In this document: one piece after another, positions 26,601 through 38,600 of the stretch | Layout of the letters: each line of letters opens with the position of its first letter | How positions within the stretch are numbered: position 1 is the first letter of the stretch | DNA from: Mytilus edulis | Taxonomy: Eukaryota | NCBI RefSeq assembly: GCF_963676685.1 | Contig: NC_092351.1 | Coordinates: 64,170,001 to 64,234,000, forward strand | DNA: 64,000 bases | Direction: 5' to 3' | Notes under the pieces: generated by a model | Databases searched by the model: none | What the model was told of the DNA's origin: nothing | The model's input: the letters and a program-made list of their open reading frames with translations, nothing else | Translations under genes and position numbers: made by a program

Positions 26601-29600
26601 ATGATCAAGGGATATTATGGGTTGGGTGTGGAATAAGAGGATCCAATGAAGAAGTGAAGACTCATAAAATCTACTCATTCAAATTTTCATAGTTTGTTGG
26701 ATACTATTTGCTTTTTAATAATAATAATAAAACTTGACTCAGACTTATTATCTTATTATTGTTTGTGATATGTTTTTACATTTTCAAATCAAATTAAAAG
26801 TTGAGAAAACCAAAATAGACACCTAAACACCACAAAGCAACCTTCAACAATAAACAAGAGTTTACATTGTATGACAGGACCTATTTTTTCTTTGAGGTTA
26901 GACATGTTTGTTGATATAGTCATCAGAGACAAACACATGTAATACAAAAACAAAATAATCAAAAAAATTTCTAAAACAAGATTTTAAGCTTTGGCATACA
27001 ATTATGCAGGACTAAGGCATACTTAGTTTAATCTTATCAACATCTCTTATTAAATGATATTATCAGTTACATAGTGTGCTAGTGACCTAATACGGTATAT
27101 ATGGGGTCAGTAAATTCCATATGGGGTGAGAGCAAAGCTCGAATCGCTATATGGAATTTACTGACCCCATATATACTGTATTACGTCACTAGCACACTAT
27201 GTAACGAATTTATCTTACCACCTTTTTTAAAAGAGGGACGAAAGATACCAAAGGGACAGTCAAACTCATAAATCTAAAACAAACTGACAACGCCATGGCT
27301 AAAAATGAAAAAGACAAACAGAATAACAATAGTACACACGACACAACATAGAAAACTAAGGAATAAACAACATGAACCCCACCAAAAACTAGGGGTGATC
27401 TCAGGTGCCTATTATCAGCTGATATTCTTTCATCTAGCTTAATTGATAAAAACTTTCAAGGTGAATAGCTTGTCTATCACAACAGGAAGCTGTTATTTCT
27501 CTAATATTAAAATTTGAGGTGAATTTTCTGCTAATAATTAATACATGTATAAAAACAAAATAGACCAAATCAGAAAAAATGAATAAGTCACCAATGAACC
27601 ATGATAAAGAACAGGATGCATGCCAAACAGACATGTACACCTTACATCATGTACATATAATATAGTTGACCTATTTCAAATAGTATTGAAGACAAAGCCT
27701 TAGCCAGTAAAACTAATCATTGTCTTATGAACCAATATAAAAAGAAGATGTGATATGATTGCAAAAGAGACAACTCTTTACAAGAGACCAAATGACGCAG
27801 AAATTAACAACTATAGGTCACTAAATAGCCTTAAACGATTAGCAAAGCCCATACTGCATAGTCAGCTATAAAAGGCCCCAAAATGACAAATGTAAAACAA
27901 GAAAACTAGTGATTAATTAATGTATGAAAAATTAAAACAAAAACAAACATTGTTACACAGCAACAAAGGACAACCACTGAATAACAGGCTCCTGACTTGG
28001 GAAGGCACATACATACAGAATGTTGCGGGGTAAAATATGTTAGCAGGATCCCAATCCTCCTCCTTACCTTGGACAGTGGTGTAACAGTACAACATAAGAT
28101 CTAACTATAACAATCAGTTGAAGGCCGTACATTGACTTATGATGGTTTACTTTTATAAATTGTTATTTGGATGAAGATAGAAATACAGCAATAAATACAG
28201 AGTTGACATGGTCAGATGATACATGGCAAACAGGAATGTGAATTTAACAAATACTGTTATAAATTCAGATACAATGTCCCACAAATTCAGAATACAACAA
28301 AATCTAGATATATCATGGTGACATCACCATATTTGTAGGGAATTAATATTATTATTTCCAACAAAAAATAATGTAAGAATAGTCATTAGTATATCAAATA
28401 AGGTAACATATAGAATTACCCCCTGTTATCATATCTAAATCATCATTCCAGTTGCAGATGTTGTAACAAAAAACAAGTGAACATATGAGTTAAGTGTCAG
28501 ATGGATTGATGGATTAATGGATGGACAGACAGAGGTAAAACAGTATACCTCCAATAATCCTACTGATTGATACAATTTTCATGCAAACATTGTCACTTGA
28601 GAATTAAGAGTCTGTTGGAGTTTCATTTGGTGTACCACAGATTTTTTAAAGACTGTTTGTGCAAAATGAAAATATTATTGTTTCAATGTAATGTCTTTAT
28701 ATATGATGCAAAGATTAATAAAACTGTGGTTATTCGCCTAAACATGTATTATGTTTTCCTCAACCTATGTCTATGTGGTTATACATGGCGGTAGGAGTAT
28801 GATACTCTATTCAGCTTCCTCCTTACAGTGGCTGTATAGGATATGATCTTGCTTCCAACCATGTGAAAGCACCCAACTATTTATGAGTTCACATTAGTTC
28901 TAACCAGGGTTGGCAAAAACCTGGGTTTTATGAGTATTGCCCAGCCCAGTGGGAAATACTGGGAAAACTCGGGTTTTAGTGGGTAATACTGGGCAATACT
29001 GGGTAATATAAAATACTGGTCTGAATTTTGTAGAGTATTCAGTGATAAAACACAAATGTTATACATTCAAGATATATATAACCTTTTTTGTTTGTTTGGA
29101 TTGGTAAAACTGTAAATATAAAGCAAAAATTGTTTATTAAATAACAATAACTCCTATTAAGGATTAACAATTACATGTAAGAAAAATTATATTTACATAA
29201 TGTCTATGTACTGTCACTAATTAGTAAATAACTATTCAGATTAAAATGCAGATTTGTTTATGTAACAATAATCAGCCCTTTCAATTTTATATTTGTTAAT
29301 GGCATGAACCCTTAGGGTGTTTATTTAGCAATATGAATGTATAACATTTGAAATGAACAATTAACTAAAACATTGCAATATTTTTTTTTCTTTCAAAGTA
29401 TGGATAAATATTGAAACAATGCTTGGTAATTAACAAGGTTTCCTTAAATGTGCAAATCTTGTATTTTGTCTATATATAGAAGGGAATGAAATTAAATTTT
29501 TCATTCTTTTATGTATAAAAAGTATATATTTAGCTGTAATACTATGAAACTACACCAAGACTTAACTATTTTGTGTTAAAATAAGCTTAAAAAATCATAT

Positions 29601-32600
29601 TGCCCAGTATTACCCAGGATTCCCATTTCTTAGAGTATTGCCCAGCCCGGGAAAACCCGGGTTTTCCCACACGGGAATTCCCGGGCGGGTAATACTTTGC
29701 CAACCCTGGTTCTAACGCATACACACTACACTTATATAAGGCTAAAGGTATATATGAAAATAAGGGGGAGGGGTCCGCTTCGATAGTGTACATGAATTAA
29801 TCACCACATTTTTATATAATAGCCAAAAGTAAGAAAATTTAGATATTCCTACAAAAACTGTATTGTAATGAAACTAAATTTGTTACATGTAAAATTTTAG
29901 CAATGTTCAGCTGCAGGTCAAGATGGCCTCAACATTAAAGCAAAATAAACATAATATTCAAATAGATTATATATAGCCCTATCTACCTGGTACCTTAATT
30001 TAATTTTCCAAATACAACCAATTTTAATTTGCTCTATGGGTTGGCCTCAATTTGACACATTCGATGTAATCAATAGATGATTATAAAAACAATATCTTAC
30101 ACTTTGTACTTTATTGTGTGATATCATTTGACTAAATTGGACCTTATGAAGTGTCCTATATACTTATTCATGTGATTGTGCAAGGTCAAGGAGCATGTAA
30201 AGGTGAATTCAAACTAAAAATAAAATATTTATCTACCTCATACCTTAATTCAATCTTTCAAATTCAACCTATTTCTAATTTGTCCTTTGGACTGGCAATA
30301 ATTTGACACATTAGTTTTAATCAATAAATGATAAAACTATCTCTTACATTTTGTACAAATATACTTTATCATATGATCATGGGACAAAATTGAACCTCAT
30401 GCAGTGTCATATATACTTATTCTTGTGTTTGCGCCCAGTTAAGGACCAAGGACCTATTTCATATGATATCAAAGGTAAATCTCAAAAGTGATTTCATAAG
30501 TAAATAATATACATATTTTTCTAATGGATGTTGTGAAATGTTTTTCAGAAAAATCTGATCAAAATTTTTAATTCATTTCTGCAATCCATTTTCATACAGG
30601 TAACATCTTTTATGACATAGTATAGTATTTGCATGTTTTCATATTGTTAGTTTACTGCTTAACAATTAAATAACTGAATAGAGAAAATGATTGACTTTAT
30701 TCTTTTTTAAAAGTGACATGCAATGTTTTATCTTCAAATTGTAACCAATATAAATCTGAAAAGGGTAAAGCACACTTTTTATAAACAAATCTTCTTTCAA
30801 ATATTTAAAAATGTTTATATCTAACAATGTTATGATTTGTATTATTGTAAACATGATTTTCAATCAATTTCAGATTGGGTGCATGTAATATTTGCTACTG
30901 GACATAAAGCAGTCATCCATCAATCAATCAATCACAGACTTTTAATGCTGTCATTAACACCATCTTCATCATGGCACAGAAACAAACTCCATTGAATAAG
31001 GAGGTAAAAATCCCTACCTTGTGTCAAATGTGTGATGAATCTTCAAACATAAAATGGATGTGTATTGAATGCAATTTATTTTTTTGTGCAGAATGTGAAT
31101 CAAAATTTCATAAAAAGAGTAAGACCTTAGCAGGACATAATAAAATTGATATTGAACAATGTGGGACCGAGAACATTGCTAAAGCAATCCATAAAGCAGG
31201 ACTTCAGAATATGAACTGTGAAGTACATTCCGATCTAATTTGTGTTCTGTTTTGTCAAGATTGTCAGCAACCAGTATGCACAAACTGTGTATTAGCAAAT
31301 TCACATGAAGAACATAAGCTTTTTTCAATTAGTGATGTTTATGATGAAAAATTCTGTGAAATGGATGATTTTCATAAAAAAGTCCGAAAGAATATACTAT
31401 TTTGCTCAAATGTCCAAATTGATCTAAAACAGATTCTTGACAGTGGAATGAAACGATACACTGAACAAAAAGAAAAATTGTTAACAAAAGAAGCCGATTT
31501 TCTTACAGAATCTAAAAAGAACACAAAAACAATTTTAGATAAACTTGATTCTGAATGGAAGACCTTAGAGGGAACATTAAAACAAGAGATAAATGTAATG
31601 AAAACCATAAAGAATCAGATGGAAAAAGAAAGAGAAGCTTTCAGCAATATTGCATCTCCTACTGAAATGTTAACCAGACTTTATCCTCTCTCTGAGAATA
31701 AGCATTCACCAAAGAAATCAGTTTACCAAATGGTTCTCAAACAAATTTCATATAATCAAAAGTATGAAATAAAACAATTTGACATTAAGAGGTTATTTGA
31801 ACGTTTCCTTTGGGAAAAAAAAGGTCTAATATTTCAAATGAAAAAATCTTATCCAACAAAACTAAAAGGTATATCAAAAGTTGTATTATTAGACAACAAT
31901 CAGGCTTTAATTGCAAGTGAAAAGGATGCAATTGTTCTGAAAATTCAGTTTGACAATAAAGATATAAAAATTTTAAAAACATTACCTGAAACAAGAGCCT
32001 ACGACATGGCCAAGTTTCAAAATGGTGATATTATCATCTCTGTCCAAGAAAGCCAATTAAAATTGTTTAGCGAAAAGGAAACTTTAAAACCATTTCATTC
32101 ATTTTCCCCACTGAAAACTTTTGGTATTCATGTAAATGAAGAGAGCGAAATTCTGGTTGGGATAAGTAGCGGATTGCCAGACAAAGAAGAGCAAATCTCA
32201 AAACCAGGAAAAATTGTGGTTTTGAGTTCTGAGGGAAGTGTTAAAAGAACATATGGATATGACAAGAAAACAAATTCAAAAGAGTTTTTATGCACATGTC
32301 CTACAAGAATAGTAACAAATCAAGACAATACAATCAGTTTTATTGACATACTTAAAAAAGGTAAAAATGGATTCTATGATGGTAGAATTGTGAATATAGA
32401 TCAAGAAGGGAAACTGAAATGGACATATGAAGAGAAATATGGTTTAAGACCTACAGAAATAGTACCGATGAATACTGCAAGTTGTCTTTTAGTTGTGACA
32501 GCTGGACTTGATTTCTGTACTCTATCCCAAAATGGTAGTGTTCTTACAAAGTCAAATCATTTAAACATTGAAGACATAACAGAAATAAGCTTAGCTGTTG

Positions 32601-35600
32601 ACAAAGAAATGAAGTTGTATGTAGGAGAAAAGAATCGTCATAAAACATTTTGGCCATATGTTAAATTTCACATCTTTGAGTTTACATAACACATATGTTT
32701 TGAAATTAAAGAAAAAATAGGGCAGTTTCAGTTTTTTCCTGACTTCTTTAATTTTTATTCTCATGCAAGTTTTTTTTTATATTTACGTGAAAAGGAAAAT
32801 TATGTTTCAAAGATATGACAATTTGATTATGCAAAAGTTGAAATTAAAATAGTAATACTTTAACATGTTAAAGTGATGTAACATAAGTTATACAAATATT
32901 GTTTAACAATCTCCATGTAAATGTGATGTGCCAATGTTAATGCAACTGCATACCAAATACCATTGACTAATTAGAAGTCATTCCATTTTCAAAACAAATC
33001 TAAACACAAACATTATAGTAAGTTTGAATTTTTCGAAAAAACTAAGGATTTTCTTATCCCAGGCATAGATTACTTTAGCTGTATTTGGCACAACTTTTTG
33101 GAATATTGGATCCTCAATGCTCTTCAACATTGTACTTGTTTGGCTTTATAAATATTTTGATATGAGCATCACTGATGAGTCTTATGTAGACGAAACATGC
33201 GTCTGGCGTACTAAATTATAATCCTGGTACTTTTGACAAATATTTACACCACTGGGTCAATTCCACTGCTGGAGGACGTTTCGTCCCAAGGGTATCACCA
33301 GCCCAGTAGTCAACAATTCGGTGTTGACATGAACATCAATAATGTGGTCATTTATAAATTTCCAGTTTACTAAACTTTGAATTTTTAGAAAAACATAGGA
33401 TTTTCTTATCCCAGGCATAGATTACCTTAGCTATATTTGGCACAATTTTTTTAATATTGGATCCTCAATGCTATTCAACTTTGTACTTGTTTGGCTTTAT
33501 AAATATGTTGATATGAGCGTCACTGATGAGTCTTATGTAGACGAAACACTCATCTCGCAAACTAAATTATAATCCTGGTTACTATCTACCAGCCTAGTAG
33601 CCATTGCACACACATTGATTGATTGTCTAAATGTGCATTTGGTGTAGTGAAACTTGTACTATTAATATTATAACTACCCCTGGGGCCAAAGTAGATACTT
33701 GTGAGTCTACTATAGTGAACTGTTAGTTCCTTAGGATCACCACCAACTCAGTTGCCAGTACATGTATCTGCTATTGGAACAATACAATGTGTTCATGAAA
33801 ATGTATCTCCCTTCTGATTCCATGTCAAGGTTTGGTTTGTTCTCAGCTCTTCAACATTTGTATAAGATTTTGGATTTTCAAATAAAAAATAAAGGCCTTG
33901 ATAACATTCCTGAAAACCTGCTTCTCCTGTGATAACCATATATAAATATCAATAGTCCAAGAAACGACTAAAAATAAATTGGAACAAAAACAAAACACTA
34001 TAGGTGGCCAACAATGGCATTTCATTGTTAAAATACTTATTATTTTCCAATAAATCCTAGCTACAATATTAAAGGGATAGTAGCTACGATTTTGACAAAA
34101 TTATGAACAAGTTTTAAAGCTGCTAAAATCAAAGATATGTACTAAATATAAGCAATAAGATCGCTAAAATGTTTTCATAAACTACAGAAGTGTTAATAAT
34201 TGATAATTCATATCGTGTTGTGTGCCTATTCATCTCATTAATTATGCATCGGGTTTACTTCCCGAACTTTGCCGACATAGCGAGTGAGCTAACCAAGATA
34301 TATATAGATACGAACACGTGCTTTTTGTTTTCTTACATATTTGATAATTACTCTTTATCAAACGTACATATTTGACGCCATTTATCAAATTATGTAAATA
34401 AAAAATATAACAAATACCGGCATATTATTCCAACCCAAGATTCTCCAACAATGGCGATATTATACACTTGTTATTACATTTGTATGACTTGACCATGCCG
34501 ATAATGTATACAAGTGTTTGTGTGTTAAATTGGGGCCTCCATGAAGGATTCACTTGAAGAATAATACTTAAGTTTAGGAAGTTGATTTCTAATTTCTTCT
34601 AAGGTGGGAGATTACTGCCCGTAAATTTATAAACATATTTTTGACAATTATGAACACGTTGAGATTTTTTTTCATGTGATCTGGAAAATTTAAGAAATGT
34701 AAACATTACGCAAACCGTCGGCTACTTTTGTTTGACTTTGCCTGCGTCGCAGGTGTTTCGAGTGATTTTAATGACCGATCTCATCGACGTTTTTTTATTT
34801 TTAATTTACAATAACTTGTCTGCACCTCTTTTCTTTTTTTTTCTCGCTGAAACTGTAAATTCGCGTATCATTTCCGCGATAACATTCCCCTGTTCGACCA
34901 TTTTCCCTTCGAGGCACAATGTGCGATTGCGCATTGGGAACTGACGAGTAAAGGTCATATGAATAAGGGTTGGGCTTAACATCGAATTATTATCTATAGA
35001 TAATAAATAAATGTAGGTGTTAAACGTTAAAAAACTTCTAAATGCTTAATGGAACGTAACCAGTAATTGTTTTAATCATAATTATTTTGCTTTTTGTACA
35101 AAATCCGGCATATAGATTAAAAAAGTAATTTTAACGAAAATCGTAGCTACTATCCGTTTAATATTGGGCGAGTTGCATATGCCAAATGCATCAGTTCCCC
35201 AAATAAACCAATGGAAAAGTCAATGATTTTCTAATGAAATTTTTAACAGTAAGTTTCTCAAAACTATGATTTATAGGGGTTTAAGATGAAAAGTGGATGT
35301 CTATATGTAGTGTGTAGATACATGTATGACAAAGTCCATGCAACACTAAATTAAAACAAAAAACATAGACTATAATTTTACTACAACCTTATTTCGCCAC
35401 AATCGCACGACGATTGTTTTGAACAAAGTTGGCAAAGCTCATCACAACCATGAAGACCTCACTACAACTGTATTGCGACCTTACTGCGATTTGCATGATT
35501 GCACTAAGATCGTCAAAATTTTCATTTTTTTCACAGATTGTAGTGAGATGGTGGCCTTGTGGGACTGCGGTATTATTTAAGGACAAACTGTATCAATTAC

Positions 35601-38600
35601 CACATAACTAAATCCTGATAACAACATTACTTACTAAGCAAATATTTATACATGATAAAAGTAGTGTGATTACATATTTAACCTTTGTACAAAGAACCTG
35701 TATGATTCAAACTTATAGAGGGACTGTTTCAAGATACAATTAGAATCAAACAAAACATTAATTTCCAAATAATTTTGAATAATGCAAAGTGAATAAGTTA
35801 TTTGACAATTGAATATCTTTTGACAGCTATACAGTAATTGATACCTGTTATAAGTGTGAAGCTAAATAAAATAATCAAACCTAGCCTGAGGCCAAGATGT
35901 CTCTTGGTGAGAGGGGGTTATTTAGGGTTATGATATGATAAATGTAGTCACACATCAATTGAATCTTATGTTTTATAATCTTTGCAGTGTTTTATTAGGT
36001 TTCAGGTGTTTTTTTTACGAAATTTCCTTGGCCAAGAGTATGCAATTTTACTTTTTTTTTTCATGAGTTTTGAGATTGTCCCTTGCTTGTCTCTCTATAT
36101 TGAAAGATAAAACTGTTTATCAGTAAACATTTGTTCATTCAATTAAAAATGGCTTCTATTAAGCCTGAGGAAGGTTGTTTTACAATTCCTTCAAAATGTC
36201 AGATTTGTGACAATTCTTCTATCTTAAAATGGATGTGTTCAGAATGTGATTTGTACTTTTGTGCCAACTGTGAGCTCAAATTCCATAGAAAAAATAAAAT
36301 TTTGTCGGGACATACTAAAATTGACATTGAAAATTGTGACACTGAAAATATCACTGAGATAATTCGTAAAGCTGAAGTTGAGGGTGTAACTTGTGAATCC
36401 CATTCCAAACAAAAATGTGATCTATTTTGCAAAGACTGTCATAACCCAATCTGCAAAATCTGTGTTTCAATGGGGTCTCATAAAAACCATGAACTTGTAT
36501 CAATAGAGGACATATTTAAAGAGAAAAGCATTGAAAGGAAAGATTTTCAAAACAGAATTGAATCATCTATCAAACATTGTACACAAACTGCAAATGATCT
36601 GGAATATATGCTTGAAAAGGCGACAGAGAAATACAACACTACAAGAAAAAATATTTTATGTACAGAAAGACAGTTACTTTCTCAAACTAAAGAATATTTT
36701 AAATCCCAAGTTGAGGAAATAAAATCTGAATGGGAGAATATTGAAGAATCAGTGAATAAAGAAATGAAAAAAGTTGATCGAGTAAAAGGCCAGCTTGATG
36801 AAGAAGATGAAATTTTATCTCAGGATATTACCCCATTTGAGGTGCTCACTAGAAAACATCAAAAAAATATATTTTATAAAGTTAATGACTCTATTTTTCA
36901 CAAGAAACTTCAACAAACTTTTTATACAATAATTGAAGAGACTCGAAGGGTGACACTGACCAATGAAATTGGATTTCTATTTGAGCTGAATTTGTTAAAA
37001 GGTCCCAATTTTAAACAAACTGCTTCTTTTGAAACAAAATGTAAAAGCATATCAAAACTTATACTGATGGATAATAGTAAGGCAGTAATAGCAAGCTATA
37101 AAGATGAAATTCTGCAGAGAATACAGTTTGAAAAATCTGAACTAAAAGTTGAACAAGAAATGTCAAATACAAAAATTTTCGATATGGATATCATGCAAAA
37201 TGGTGATATTCTGCTTTCAGTTGAGGAATGTGAGTTAAAACTGTTTAAGGAGAATGAAATTGCAGAGCATGCACCTTTTCATCCATTTTCTCCGCTAAAA
37301 ACATTTGGAGTCCATGTGAACAGAGAAAATGAAATCATTGTGGGGATAAGTGCTGGATTTCCAAATGAAAAAGACGAAGTATCCAAACCTGGAAAAATCG
37401 TAGTTCTGAATTCCAAAGGAAGTATTAAAATAAAACATGAATTTGACCAGGGTAAATATCGTGACCAACTGTGTGTATGTCCTACAAGAATAGTGACAAA
37501 TCTAGACAATACAATCTGCTTTATAGACATTTATAAGAAGGAATATTATGGAGACGGTTATGACAAAAAAATAAATAATAAAGGAAGGATTGTTGGAATA
37601 GATCAAGAGGGAAAGGTAAAATGGACATATCATGGTACAGGTCTTCAACAATCTTCTTCAAGTTATTTTTTATGTCCTAAGGATATTGCAGTTATTAATT
37701 CAGCAGGATGCATCTTAATTTATGATGCTCCAATAGGACTTTTTCAGACTTTTCATATTATATCCCAAGATGGTAGTGCAATTGGATACTCGGATTTGCG
37801 TCTAACTAACCTGGGCCATAATGTAGATGATTTAGGAAGTCTAGCAATTGACAAAGACCAAAAGTTATATGTGGGGAGTGATGAAACATATCGTAGTGCA
37901 AAGATTCACATTTTTGAGTTTATATAGCAGTGTAATACTCAAGTGCCAGGCTTCATCACAAAATATTAAAAAGAAATCCAATTCCTACTTTTTTTCCCCT
38001 CCTTTTATCAAACATACCCCCTTAATCCTACATCCCACAGCATGTCATCCCTCTCTTTTACAATGAGAAAAAACTTGAATAAAAAAAAGCTTTTGTATTC
38101 GATGTGTTTTTACAGAGTTTGAGATAAATTTGAATGAACAAGTCACAGAAGGCAGATTAGAGTATGCCAACCACATTAGGCAGGTCATAGAAGACAAGAC
38201 ATTGTCACATAGCAGGCAGGTGGAACTGACAAGAACAATCAGAGCTGTAATATTATATTCAGTGCAAGATGCAGTTCAAAAATTTCTGGTTTAAATTGAG
38301 AATAGAAATGAGAATGTGTTAAAGAGAGACGGGCTTTAGCTGGCTCCTAAATGAAATGTATACTACTTCAATGAAAATGGACGTCACACATAACTTCAAA
38401 AATATAAACGAACTAAAATTAAAAAACATACAAGACTAACAAAAGCCAGAGGCTCCTGATTTTGGACAGACACAACAATGCAGTGGGGTTAAACATGTTC
38501 AACTCTCCCCCTATACCTGTAGATGATGTAGAATAAACAAACAGACAGTAATATGCACAGTAAAAATCAGTTCAAATGTTAACCCGATTTAGTCTTTTAT

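Noticed and set aside
24974-32689. Two TRIMs and CCDC138 all being 572 aa
   Set aside because: Coincidence; the two TRIMs differ by internal indels and CCDC138 is unrelated
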